From an uncultured Bdellovibrionales bacterium (GTDB lineage Bacteria > Patescibacteriota > Minisyncoccia > Moranbacterales > UBA1568), in contig CAZTBI010000003.1 in assembly GCA_964612055.1 (NCBI GenBank), positions 40,268 through 104,267 on the forward strand: a stretch of 64,000 bases of DNA, written 5' to 3'. The notes beneath the pieces were generated by a model. It had not been told where the DNA came from. It saw only the letters and a program-made list of their open reading frames with translations, and searched no databases. The position numbers were made by a program, and so were the translations under genes. This document shows, one piece after another, positions 37,817 through 47,315 of the stretch. Numbering within the stretch: position 1 is the first letter of the stretch; every line of letters begins with the position of its first letter.

Positions 37817-38422
37817 CTATTCGAGGATGCCATCCAAATTCACATCGTAGAGTACCTGTTCCTGTACCAGACGATAGGAAACGATATCTGAAGCATTGAA
37901 CCAAAGAGGAATCTCTCGTTCCGCTTCTTCTGGGCTATCAGAACAATGAACGAGATTACGTACGGCACGATTATCGAGACTAGAAAGCGCATAAGAATCA
38001 ACAGTCAGATCACCACGAATGGTTCCGACATCGGATGTTGTTGGTTCGGTTCCTCCAACTAACTTCTTTACAATCGCCACAGATTGGTTGCCCTCAATGA
38101 CAGCGGCCAGTACTGGACCGGAAGTAAAGAAATCAACATTTGACTGAATGATATCCTTCCCATATTCCATGGCTTCTTTTTCGATAGACAGACCGTGAGT
38201 CTTGCGGTCTTCAACAACACGTGTCCCCTTCTTCATGAACCATTCGTCGTCTTTGTTGTAATGCTTCCAGCATTGATCGGCCTTTGGCAACAGAAACTTC
38301 ACCGCTACAAACTTGAGTCCGGTACGCTCAATGCGAGTCATGACTTCACCAAGGAGTGAACGTTGAACACCGTCAGGCTTCACGATAACGAGGGTGCGCT
38401 CTTTTTTCGGATGAGTCTCCAT
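37817..38422 (-). CDS. ndk: nucleoside-diphosphate kinase (long form)
   Basis: ERTLVIVKPDGVQR and NLVHCSDSPEEAEREIPLWF; 201 aa. Confidence 0.8.
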   Translation of the reverse strand: METHPKKERTLVIVKPDGVQRSLLGEVMTRIERTGLKFVAVKFLLPKADQCWKHYNKDDEWFMKKGTRVVEDRKTHGLSIEKEAMEYGKDIIQSNVDFFTSGPVLAAVIEGNQSVAIVKKLVGGTEPTTSDVGTIRGDLTVDSYALSSLDNRAVRNLVHCSDSPEEAEREIPLWFNASDIVSYRLVQEQVLYDVNLDGILE

Positions 38423-38513
38423 AAAATCCTATAGCTCAAAAACTTATCACAACTTATTATGACACAGAAAATAAACAATAGCAATATCACGCCATATTTT
38501 CTACATCGCAAGC

Positions 38514-38542
38514 AGTATACAGGACTCGCCTCTTCTTGGCAA
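38514..38542 (-). promoter_or_regulatory. sigma70 promoter of ndk
   Basis: Minus strand TTGCCA-17 nt-TATACT. Confidence 0.55.
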
Positions 38543-38551
38543 GACACCACT

Positions 38552-39391
38552 TCAAGGAGCGAAGTTGCATACATTTTCTAAACATTCATACCGAAGAGCG
38601 CCCTCCTCATCGGTCCGGTGCACGATAATCCCCCTTTTCCAAAGACGCTCGAGGACACTTGAATCAGGATGGCCGTAGGAATTCTTCCCCACAGAGATGA
38701 CAGCCTCTTTGGGCTGCACCAGATCGAGAAAGGCTTCGCTCGTCGAATACTTGGAGCCATGATGCGCTGCCTTGAGTATGGTCACCGGCTCCTCATCGGG
38801 CAAGACCGTTTCCTCATGTGGCAAATCGCCCGTCAGGAGAAAACTCGTTTCACCATAGAGAAAGCGAGCGATGGTGCTCCCTTCATTCGTATCAGATGCT
38901 TCCTGTGACAGAGGGGTAAGTGGATACTCGATCAAAAGTTCGCCACCATGTGGCAATGTAATCTTGGTTCCTTGAGATACCTTGGTTAATCCAAAACGGG
39001 TCTCGGAGAGGGCCTCCTGAAAGAAACGTGATGTTTCGGTATCACTCTCTGCCCCAGTTGTGAGTACATGACCCACCTGATAGGTACGGAAAAGTGCCGG
39101 CAGCCCTCCGATATGATCGGCGTCAGGATGTGTCGCGATCACAAATTCAATACTTCTATCCCAAAAGGGTACGTGTCGACCGATTTGAGCCAAAAGCTCC
39201 TTTCCTGTCCGACCACCATCGATGAGTATTTGATTCTTTCCTTGAGAAATGAGGATGGCATCTCCCTGACCGACATTGAGAAAGACGACTTCTGTCTGTC
39301 TCTCAAAAACAGAAAGGTGCCACAAAAACAAGCCGCCCATGAGGACTAGACCCAAGAGTACTACGAATGAAAGTTTATACTGGGCGTTCAT
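38552..39391 (-). CDS. comEC: ComEC/Rec2 C-terminal metallo-beta-lactamase domain (probably the 3' part of a split comEC)
   Basis: VFLNVGQGDAILIS ... HPDADHIGG ... AHHGS. Preceded by a TM helix. Overlaps the upstream comEC ORF out of frame. Confidence 0.7.
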   Translation of the reverse strand: MNAQYKLSFVVLLGLVLMGGLFLWHLSVFERQTEVVFLNVGQGDAILISQGKNQILIDGGRTGKELLAQIGRHVPFWDRSIEFVIATHPDADHIGGLPALFRTYQVGHVLTTGAESDTETSRFFQEALSETRFGLTKVSQGTKITLPHGGELLIEYPLTPLSQEASDTNEGSTIARFLYGETSFLLTGDLPHEETVLPDEEPVTILKAAHHGSKYSTSEAFLDLVQPKEAVISVGKNSYGHPDSSVLERLWKRGIIVHRTDEEGALRYECLENVCNFAP

Positions 39392-40853
39392 ACGACTGAG
39401 AAAGAAAAAATTTCTGCAAAACAAACACTCCTATCACAAGGAAACTGTACCACACAACCACGTGGACGACGCCGAAATTCTCTACTGATATCTTGGCTCC
39501 ATCAATACTGCCCAACCACTCCACCGAACGAGTAATCGTCGAGAGGATGCCCCATGCAAGCCAGGATAAGACAAGGTGTGCGCCAGGGACAACCAGAAAG
39601 AGGAGCGCGGCACCGAAAGCACTCGCCATGGCAAAAGGGACCAGTATCACCAGAAAATTTCCAAAGATGATAAGTGGCGAAAATGTATGGAACGAAAAAA
39701 GGATAATGGGCAATACGAAAAGTTCGACTGCGATCGTCATAAGAACAACCTCTCCAATATGTCGTGTGAGAAACCCGAAGCGAGCGAGGCGTTCCTGATA
39801 GGGAGCACTCCACAAAATACCCAGGGTCGCCAAAAATGAAAGTTGGAATCCCAAATCGTAACGCAAGAGGAGCGGATTGAAAAAGAGCATCGCACCGCAA
39901 GCAAACAAGAGAGCGTTAATCGGCTGCGCCAGTCTCCCTGTTTGGAGTGCCACAAAGACGACTGCAGCCATAGCGCCAGCCCGAGACGCTGAAGCCGGCA
40001 TACCAATCATTACAATAAAGAATGCTATCCCTACCAAAGCCGCCCAGACCGCCTGCTTGCGCCAAAGACCGAAAAATAGGCCAAGCCACAAAAGCATCTC
40101 CGCAATAAGGGTAATATTGTATCCTGATACCGCAATCATGTGAGAGAGTCCTACGGCAGCAAAGTCCTCTTTCAACGCTCGTGGCAGATAGTTATCACCA
40201 CCGAGGAGTAACCCCTTAGCCAGTCCGGCCTCTGGTTCAGAGAGCGTCCGCGAAAGAGCCCGCTCCAGGATATGCTTGGGAATGTACAACCACGAAAACA
40301 ATTTCCCCTCTCTATCCTCTGGAAGGAGCACTGCATCCTTGGCCCGTACGCAGGTATAGCCAATGCCATCTTTGGCCAAAAACATTCGGTAATCAAACTG
40401 ATCGTTGAAATTTTTCGGCCGCTCAAGCGCGCAAGTGAAAGCAAGCCTGGTTCCAGCCGTACCAGTGAAAGATAAAGGGGCCTGCCACAAGATCCGTTCT
40501 TTCGGACACTCTTTACTCTCACATCTTTCGAAACGAAGTATCGTGTGTCGGAAAAAATCCTTATCCTCTGGATCAGAAATAACACGCACTTCACCACGAA
40601 CCGGTTGTTCGAAAAGTGGCAGTGTCTGAAAAACTACCTGCTTCGTCAAGGCAAGGTGAGCCCCTCCGCACCAGACAAGAAAAAAGAGGCCACAGAAAAT
40701 GACCTCCTTTTTCGGAAACGCCACCGTCACCGCTACACCGAGAGCACTTCCCATGAGGAGAAGTGGGACGAGCGGGAGAATAAAAAACGACCCACAAAAT
40801 ATACCGATGATGAAAGAAAGAATACTCCAAAAAAATACCTCATCTTTCTGCAT
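39375..40853 (-). CDS. comEC: ComEC/Rec2 membrane channel (DUF4131 plus competence domain), 5' part
   Basis: LSHMIAVSGYNITLIAE competence-domain motif; about 10 TM segments. Stops 17 nt into the MBL-domain ORF, next to an A6T3 homopolymer tract. Confidence 0.75.
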   Translation of the reverse strand: MQKDEVFFWSILSFIIGIFCGSFFILPLVPLLLMGSALGVAVTVAFPKKEVIFCGLFFLVWCGGAHLALTKQVVFQTLPLFEQPVRGEVRVISDPEDKDFFRHTILRFERCESKECPKERILWQAPLSFTGTAGTRLAFTCALERPKNFNDQFDYRMFLAKDGIGYTCVRAKDAVLLPEDREGKLFSWLYIPKHILERALSRTLSEPEAGLAKGLLLGGDNYLPRALKEDFAAVGLSHMIAVSGYNITLIAEMLLWLGLFFGLWRKQAVWAALVGIAFFIVMIGMPASASRAGAMAAVVFVALQTGRLAQPINALLFACGAMLFFNPLLLRYDLGFQLSFLATLGILWSAPYQERLARFGFLTRHIGEVVLMTIAVELFVLPIILFSFHTFSPLIIFGNFLVILVPFAMASAFGAALLFLVVPGAHLVLSWLAWGILSTITRSVEWLGSIDGAKISVENFGVVHVVVWYSFLVIGVFVLQKFFLSQSYERPV

Positions 40854-40870
40854 ACCGAGTGGAATAACGA

Positions 40871-41317
40871 CTATTTCAGTTTTTCCAAAGCCTTGAGAAA
40901 ACTTTTGGCACTGCCAAATGATTTGTAGACCGAAGCGAAACGGATATAGGCCACCTCATCGACGTCTCGTAACTTTTCCATGATCAGAGCGCCGATTTCT
41001 CGGCTCGGAATTTCCGTCGCCTGCTTCTCATGAAGTACGTATTCTATTTCACCAAGGAGCTTTTCTACCCGCTCTTCAGCAAACGGCCGTTTTTCAAAAG
41101 CTCGACGAAGTCCCTTCTCAATCTTGGTCTTGTCATACTCTTCCTTGTGCCCATCTTTCTTGATGACCAACAATCGGAAGATCTCCACTTCTTCATAGGT
41201 ACTGAAACGAGCAGCACACTTTTCGCACTCCCGACGACGACGAATAGCCCGCCCCTCCTGGGTTTCGCGGGAATCAACAACTCGTGTATTAGGGTGATTA
41301 CAGAATGGGCAAACCAT
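40871..41317 (-). CDS. nrdR: transcriptional repressor NrdR
   Basis: MVCPFCNHPNTRVVDSRE zinc ribbon plus ATP-cone. Confidence 0.9.
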   Translation of the reverse strand: MVCPFCNHPNTRVVDSRETQEGRAIRRRRECEKCAARFSTYEEVEIFRLLVIKKDGHKEEYDKTKIEKGLRRAFEKRPFAEERVEKLLGEIEYVLHEKQATEIPSREIGALIMEKLRDVDEVAYIRFASVYKSFGSAKSFLKALEKLK

Positions 41318-41414
41318 AGGAGCGGCTCATAGGGAAAAACCTGATGCCTCCAGCATAGCAGACTCGAGGCAGAAAAGAAAAAGCCAGGAATTTCAGCAAA
41401 AAAAGATCAGTTCC

Positions 41415-42335
41415 CTAGTGCACCATAACAACGGTGCCCGTGTCAGCCCAGTCGTACACCTCCTTGGCAGAACCCACCCCGAGACGGATACAACCATGCG
41501 AGACCGGACGTCCCAGGTGATCAGCCCCTTCTTTGTACCCACCCGGCCACTCCGGCAACTCGTGGATACCGAACTTACCATCAGCGGTAAAAGCCATCCA
41601 ATACGGCATGTAGAGTCCGTAGGTCTTGGACCAAGGACGGGGCGCTTTGTTGTATATGGAAAACTCCCCTTTCGGCGTATCCATACCCCGCTTGCCGGAC
41701 GAAATGAGGTAACTGCCTACCGCCTGACCATTGTCAAAAAGCACCATCGTCTGATGCGCGAGGTCGACATCAATATATCTCCCTTCCCGACTCGCTACCG
41801 TACCATTGAGTGCTTCACGTAACCGCGTGACGGTATTACGCTCGGCTTCGGCCACTGGCGAAATAAGAGTCATGAAGCTCGTTTCAGAAAGTGGTCGGTA
41901 AGCGGCATCCGGTGTCTCACGCGAGACATACGAGACCTTGAGTGTATAGCGCGTCCCCTCACGGAGCGGTTCTTTGGGGAGCAGTCGAAATTCCGTCTTC
42001 TCCGGATTATTTTCCAAGAGGAGTTCCATGGACGGACTGAGTTCGAAGCGAATATGGTATGACTTCACCGAATCAGCAAACTTTACCACCACCGGATCCT
42101 CAATACCCAAAAGGATACTCTCCGCATCTTGTGCCGGCACTATATCCGTAATCCGAGGCGGAAACAGACTAGGGATTTCATCTGAAGTAGCTGCATTGAT
42201 CACTACCGGTTCTGCTTGTGAGGAAAGGCTGTAGTTTCCAGAAAGAAAATAGACTCCGACCGCAGAAACGATCAGTACGAAGGCCCAAAATTTCAACAAC
42301 GTCCGCAGATGCTCTACCGAAAGTTTCATAGCCAT
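41415..42335 (-). CDS. L,D-transpeptidase (YkuD fold) with N-terminal TM anchor
   Basis: Catalytic GRPVSHGCIRLG; N-terminal hydrophobic helix. Confidence 0.8.
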   Translation of the reverse strand: MAMKLSVEHLRTLLKFWAFVLIVSAVGVYFLSGNYSLSSQAEPVVINAATSDEIPSLFPPRITDIVPAQDAESILLGIEDPVVVKFADSVKSYHIRFELSPSMELLLENNPEKTEFRLLPKEPLREGTRYTLKVSYVSRETPDAAYRPLSETSFMTLISPVAEAERNTVTRLREALNGTVASREGRYIDVDLAHQTMVLFDNGQAVGSYLISSGKRGMDTPKGEFSIYNKAPRPWSKTYGLYMPYWMAFTADGKFGIHELPEWPGGYKEGADHLGRPVSHGCIRLGVGSAKEVYDWADTGTVVMVH

Positions 42336-42382
42336 GATTTTGTTTTGGCATCACTACCCGTTCAGCATACCAACAAATCATG

Positions 42383-42411
42383 AAAAAGAAAAAGCGCCCC
42401 GGGTGGGGCGC
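42383..42411 (-). terminator. rho-independent terminator after ftsZ
   Basis: Minus strand GCGCCCC-ACCC-GGGGCGC followed by TTTTTCTTTTTC. Confidence 0.85.
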
Positions 42412-42424
42412 TTTGATATCGGAT

Positions 42425-43663
42425 CTATTTCTTCATTTTCCGGCGGATGAAGGCGGGAATTTCGAGGTCTTCTTCCTCTACCAGCTCTTTCGATTCACTC
42501 CGAGGAGCCATGCCTCGTGGCTGAATCTTCTCTTCGATAATCATCACTGGCTGCTCGATCTTGCGTGATGGAAAGGTGATTGCCTCTTCGAGCATTTCTT
42601 CTTCATCTTTTTCCTGCTCCTCTTCGATTACAGCTCTTTCAGCAGCACGCTGTCGGCTCGCAATACTCGGTGCCCGATTCACCAAGCCCACTGATTCTTT
42701 GGAGCGAGGGATATCAAAGCCAGTCGCCACCACCGTAATCTGGATCTCACCCTTACGGATCTGATCATCAGTGACCGCACCAAAGATAACTTTGGCATTC
42801 GGATCGATATTTTCGGTGATGATATTAGCGGCTTCATTGATTTCGAGCATGGTCAGGTCGGTAGAGCCAGAAATATTGAAGAGAACTCCCTTGGCACCAT
42901 CAATAGACAGCTCGAGGAGCGGACTGTTGATAGCGGCCTTGGCAGCTTCGACAGCACGGTTTTCACCAGCCGCGATACCGATACCCATAAGCGCACTGCC
43001 GCTATCCTCCATGATAGCTCGCACATCAGCAAAGTCGACATTAACGATACCCGGCTTGGTAATCAGATCAGAGATACCCTGCACACCCTGACGCAATACA
43101 TCATCGACGATACGGAAGGCATTGACTAGGGTCGTCTGACGGTCAATGATCGAAAGCAATTTATCATTTGGAATAGTGATGAGCGTATCCACACGATCCT
43201 TCAAATTCTCCAATGCTTCTTCGGCGATGGAGCGACGTTGTGAACCCTCGAAAGCAAACGGCTTGGTTACAACACCGACGGTCAAAGCGCCCAGTTCTTT
43301 GGCAGTCTCAGCGACGATCGGCGCAGCACCAGATCCAGTACCGCCACCCAAACCACAAGCAACAAAAACCATATCAGCCCCTTTCAACACTTCTTGGATT
43401 TCGTCACGATTTTCTTCTGCGGCCTGGCGACCAATTTCCGGATTCATACCGGCACCAAGACCCTTGGTCAAGTTCTTTCCAATGTGAACTTTTTCTTGAG
43501 CCTTGGAATGATGGAGAGCCTGAGCATCAGTATTGATAGCGACGAACTCTACCCCCTTGATTTTGGCATCGATCATGCGAGAAATAGCATTGTTTCCAGA
43601 GCCACCCACACCCACCACCTTGATCTTCGCGAATGTTTCGATATCGGGTTTGATCTCAGCCAT
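42425..43663 (-). CDS. ftsZ: cell division GTPase FtsZ
   Basis: [10 protein letters not shown] tubulin signature. Confidence 0.97.
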   Translation of the reverse strand: MAEIKPDIETFAKIKVVGVGGSGNNAISRMIDAKIKGVEFVAINTDAQALHHSKAQEKVHIGKNLTKGLGAGMNPEIGRQAAEENRDEIQEVLKGADMVFVACGLGGGTGSGAAPIVAETAKELGALTVGVVTKPFAFEGSQRRSIAEEALENLKDRVDTLITIPNDKLLSIIDRQTTLVNAFRIVDDVLRQGVQGISDLITKPGIVNVDFADVRAIMEDSGSALMGIGIAAGENRAVEAAKAAINSPLLELSIDGAKGVLFNISGSTDLTMLEINEAANIITENIDPNAKVIFGAVTDDQIRKGEIQITVVATGFDIPRSKESVGLVNRAPSIASRQRAAERAVIEEEQEKDEEEMLEEAITFPSRKIEQPVMIIEEKIQPRGMAPRSESKELVEEEDLEIPAFIRRKMKK

Positions 43664-43704
43664 ACATCTTTGATTAGAAAAATTGTTGTCCTGCCAGTGT
43701 CGAT

Positions 43705-43788
43705 AGTATACTGCGCTCCACCGATTCTGTACAAGCCCTTGAATTTGCTTGAAGATTTACTCTATCACAGGGAAAGAATGAGTGTCAA
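43705..43788 (-). promoter_or_regulatory. two tandem sigma70 promoters upstream of ftsZ
   Basis: Minus strand TTGACA-18 nt-TAGAGT (~43759-43788) and TTGTAC-18 nt-TATACT (~43705-43734). Confidence 0.55.
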
Positions 43789-43854
43789 GAAAAGCCAAAA
43801 AGGGAGAAAAAATCTCCTTTCTGAATAATAAAAAGTGTTTGTTTTAGCCCCTTT

Positions 43855-45114
43855 TTAGGGGAGAAAGCGCTGTGACCAATGCTTCGCCTTGCTCATGAAT
43901 TTTTGCAGTCCTTCTGGAAGAGAACCGAAGGCTCCATGCACAGAAAAACCCTTTTTCTCGCCTTCCGTCGTCTGAGCCAAAAGAATCAATCCGATCGTCG
44001 TCGCAAACTGCGGGTTATCCACCTGGTCCAAAATACCTCCGAGCGGCTTCGGGTATCCAATCTGTGCCGGCAGGCGCAGTGTCTGCTTCGCCAATTCCAC
44101 AACTCCTGGAAGAAGTGCGCCGCCACCTGTCAGCACCACGCCACCAGGAAGCAAGCCTTCCCGACCAATGTTTTTCAGTTCCGTATTGACGAACAAAAAT
44201 ATTTCTTCCAATCGAGCTTCAATAATTTCTGCTACATGATGACGAGAAACCAACCCCTCTTCTTGAGAATCAATCACGCCGAGATCTATTTCCTCTTTCT
44301 TTGTCACCTCATGCGGTAAGGCGGTGCCATAGTGAAGCTTTACCGCTTCAGCCACTTCGATAGAGGTGCGCAAACCAATAGCAATATCATTCGTCACATG
44401 CGATCCACCCACTGGAAGCACTGCCAGATGCAAAAGATCGCCATCTTCGAAAACTGCCAAGGACGTCGTACTGCCACCCATATTGATGAGTACGGTACCA
44501 AGCTCCTTCTGCTTCTCATGAAGCACCGCTTCGGCTGCGGCCAGCGGTTCCACAACAAAGCTATCGGGATTGGTCCCTGCCTGCTCGAGGCTGCGACTGA
44601 TATTCTTCAAATGAGACGTACTATCACTCACGACGAGCGCGTTCATTTCGAGACGCACTCCATGCATCCCGAGTGGATCTTTGATATTCTTCTGATCATC
44701 CAATCGGTAGTCCTTGGGAATAACATGAATAATCTCACGGTTCAGAGGGAGTGTCAGTCGCGTTTGCACTTCCTCTAAAACACGAGTCATATCATCTCGC
44801 GCCACTTCTCCATCAGCCCGACCCACCGCAATCACTCCCAAAGCACTTTGACAAGCAATCTCTGTACCAGAAACACTCACGACGACCGTTTCCGCTGGAT
44901 GCCCGGCCATACGCTCGGCTTGCTCCAAAGCAGCATTCGCTGCCTTGGCTACGGCATCAATATTCACGACGGATCCACGACGGATACCTTCAGAAGGAAC
45001 AGCTCCTATCCCGATAACACGAGGAAGCTCTTCTTCGGATATCTCTTCGGCGATCATGGCTCGGATATTCGAAGATCCGATATCAAGACCGACATAGTAA
45101 TTACTTCTCGACAT
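43855..45114 (-). CDS. ftsA: cell division protein FtsA
   Basis: YYVGLDIGSSNIRAMIAE actin-like fold. Confidence 0.92.
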   Translation of the reverse strand: MSRSNYYVGLDIGSSNIRAMIAEEISEEELPRVIGIGAVPSEGIRRGSVVNIDAVAKAANAALEQAERMAGHPAETVVVSVSGTEIACQSALGVIAVGRADGEVARDDMTRVLEEVQTRLTLPLNREIIHVIPKDYRLDDQKNIKDPLGMHGVRLEMNALVVSDSTSHLKNISRSLEQAGTNPDSFVVEPLAAAEAVLHEKQKELGTVLINMGGSTTSLAVFEDGDLLHLAVLPVGGSHVTNDIAIGLRTSIEVAEAVKLHYGTALPHEVTKKEEIDLGVIDSQEEGLVSRHHVAEIIEARLEEIFLFVNTELKNIGREGLLPGGVVLTGGGALLPGVVELAKQTLRLPAQIGYPKPLGGILDQVDNPQFATTIGLILLAQTTEGEKKGFSVHGAFGSLPEGLQKFMSKAKHWSQRFLP

Positions 45115-45180
45115 AGAAAAATATCAGGGACAGAACAAGAAACCCAAGCTCTCTGTACAAGACGGAGCTCTTTGCCACTC

Positions 45181-45209
45181 ATTATACCCCAAAATACATG
45201 TCACTGCAA
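45181..45209 (-). promoter_or_regulatory. sigma70 promoter of ftsA
   Basis: Minus strand TTGCAG-17 nt-TATAAT. Confidence 0.55.
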
Positions 45210-45247
45210 AAAAATCCAGGCTCTCTTTTGACAAGGTGGCTCTTTTC

Positions 45248-45613
45248 TTAAAACATCCGGCCTGCTCCCAAGAAATAAGGAAAGAAAATGATCACTCCTA
45301 AGAGCAAGGCTCCGAAAGAAATAACAAAAACGGCGCCAGCCATGACATCTTTCACCACTCTGGCGTATGGATGGACTCGTGGCTTCAAGATATCCATCAC
45401 TCTCTCGATAGCCGTGTTGACGAGCTCAAAGGCGAGCACCAACATAACAGCTATCACCAAAACGATATTTTCAAAATGCGAAAGCGGTAACAGGAACATG
45501 AGGAAGAAAACCACTCCAGCCATGGCTACTTCTACCTGAAAATTGCGCTCGCTTCGTAAAGTAAAAAGTATTCCCTTGATAGCATGAGCAAAGCTCCTGA
45601 CGAGATGTTTCAT
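45248..45613 (-). CDS. dgkA: diacylglycerol/undecaprenol kinase DgkA family
   Basis: ELVNTAIERVMD motif; 3 TM segments; 121 aa. Confidence 0.85.
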   Translation of the reverse strand: MKHLVRSFAHAIKGILFTLRSERNFQVEVAMAGVVFFLMFLLPLSHFENIVLVIAVMLVLAFELVNTAIERVMDILKPRVHPYARVVKDVMAGAVFVISFGALLLGVIIFFPYFLGAGRMF

Positions 45614-45652
45614 ACGAAAAGATTTTTGTTATGTATTTTTGGTATCGAGAAA

Positions 45653-46120
45653 CTATTTCTTCTCTATCATACACTGCTCTGTGACCGCATCCTGGAGAGC
45701 AAACATTTCCGACGAGTGATCGTATCCGAGTAAATGGAGTACCCCGTGAGAAAAAACATAGATCATTTCATGCTCCCCCGTCACCTCATCTTCTTTTGCT
45801 GCCTCGGCAATAAAATCCTGACAGAAAAAAAGTTCTCCTAAAAACACCGCTGCTTCTGTGTCATTCTCAAAGTCCTTGATATCAGTATACTCCCCAAAAG
45901 AAAGAATGTCTGTCACGGCATCTTTCGCGCGGTATGTCTTATTGAGTTCTTTGATTTTTTCAGAAGAAACCGCTATCACATTGAGCGACACTTCTTCTTT
46001 CTCTTGTAACGCCTGAACTTGAGATGCGCAACGCCTGAGCGTCTCCTCTGCCACACGATGAAAAAAAGTCTCCTTAAAAGGCGTGGCCACTTCTTCAGTG
46101 TAGCGGACAACCACTCTCAT
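45653..46120 (-). CDS. ybeY: rRNA maturation endoribonuclease YbeY
   Basis: HGVLHLLGYDH zinc-binding motif; start at MRVVV (track 46159). Confidence 0.85.
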   Translation of the reverse strand: MRVVVRYTEEVATPFKETFFHRVAEETLRRCASQVQALQEKEEVSLNVIAVSSEKIKELNKTYRAKDAVTDILSFGEYTDIKDFENDTEAAVFLGELFFCQDFIAEAAKEDEVTGEHEMIYVFSHGVLHLLGYDHSSEMFALQDAVTEQCMIEKK

Positions 46121-46121
46121 A

Positions 46122-46574
46122 TTATGAAAGAAGAGATTCGACGACTCGACGGACATCATCCCCTGAAGCGCGACCAGCTACTTTCTTCATGACAACCCCC
46201 ATAGCCTGCCCCATCTTGTCCTTGGTCGTCATGCCACTTTCTTTCAGGGCTTCTTCCACAAGAGCCTTCAGCTCCGCCTCCGGCATAGCCTCTGGCAGAT
46301 AGGTAGCAAGCAGATCGAGCTCTTCCTGCTCCTTGGCGGCCAAGTCAGGACGATTGCCCGATTGATACTGAGCGATACTATCTTTGCGTTGCTTGACCAG
46401 TTTCTTGATCACTTCCTCTACTTCCGTATCCGAAAGATCAGCTGGAGCCTGACGCTTATCAATGGCCACATTTTTCACGGCACTCTGAAGCAGGCGAAGT
46501 GTATCCCTACGGAACACGTCGCCTGCTTTCATGGCCTGTTTCAAATCATCTCCCAACGTTTGATAGAGACTCAT
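46122..46574 (-). CDS. GatB/YqeY-domain protein
   Basis: MSLYQTLGDDLKQAMKAGD...RRDTLRLL. Confidence 0.8.
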   Translation of the reverse strand: MSLYQTLGDDLKQAMKAGDVFRRDTLRLLQSAVKNVAIDKRQAPADLSDTEVEEVIKKLVKQRKDSIAQYQSGNRPDLAAKEQEELDLLATYLPEAMPEAELKALVEEALKESGMTTKDKMGQAMGVVMKKVAGRASGDDVRRVVESLLS

Positions 46575-46594
46575 AGAGAACAGAAGAAGAGAAA

Positions 46595-46843
46595 TTAGAT
46601 TCTTTTTTTGATGTCACGAAGGGCTTCATCGTCAAACTTCCCAAGCTTCTTCAAGCGGGAAATCTCTTTACGGATCTTCACTTTATAGAGAGCTCCAGCA
46701 CGTCTCTTGTCACGGCTCTGTTCTTCAACGCGGAAACGCTGTTTGCGGACCTGTCGTAGAACACCGCTCTGCTGAACGCGACGCGAAAAGCGCCGAATCA
46801 AGCTTTCGGCTGTCTCTCTCTCTTTTCTTTTTACCTGAATCAT
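46595..46843 (-). CDS. rpsU: 30S ribosomal protein S21
   Basis: MIQVKRKERETAESLIRRFSRRV; preceded by an AAAGGAGG Shine-Dalgarno. Confidence 0.85.
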   Translation of the reverse strand: MIQVKRKERETAESLIRRFSRRVQQSGVLRQVRKQRFRVEEQSRDKRRAGALYKVKIRKEISRLKKLGKFDDEALRDIKKRI

Positions 46844-46948
46844 ATACAAGACCTCCTTTCAAATGTTTTCTCCCCTTATGGGCAGAAGTATCAATCATTA
46901 CCGGGGTTTACCCTGTGTAATTCCGCGGAGCGGACCGGCAAAGCCGGA

Positions 46949-47296
46949 TTACACTGGGTGAATATTTTCGCTCAAACGAGCCCCTCCAAGAAGATGGAGG
47001 TGGAGGTGCGGCACTTCTTGTCCACCATCCCTTCCTACCCGGATAACCAGTTTATACCCTTTCTCAGAAATTTTCAAGTCTCGAGCAATATTGCGAGCTA
47101 CCAGAAACATTTTTCCTACCGTAGCAGCATCCTCATCATCCATCTCGGCGATACTGACGATGACCTTCTTCGGAACAATGAGTACATGCACTGGAGCAAT
47201 CGGATCGATACTAGGGAACGCCATCACTTCCTCATCTTCATAGAGAAACGTGGCAGGAAGTTCACGGTCGCGGATTTTTTCAAAGACAGTCTTCAT
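46949..47296 (-). CDS. HIT-family (histidine triad) nucleotide hydrolase
   Basis: HLHLHLLGG triad motif. Confidence 0.85.
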   Translation of the reverse strand: MKTVFEKIRDRELPATFLYEDEEVMAFPSIDPIAPVHVLIVPKKVIVSIAEMDDEDAATVGKMFLVARNIARDLKISEKGYKLVIRVGRDGGQEVPHLHLHLLGGARLSENIHPV

Positions 47297-47315
47297 GATA
47301 CGTGCTCTCAAGAAC

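Noticed and set aside
37268-37891. 207-aa plus-strand ORF spanning the small-protein cassette
   Set aside because: It runs through two terminator hairpins and a consensus promoter on the opposite strand and has no Shine-Dalgarno. The two minus-strand peptides with AAGGAG sites explain the region better.
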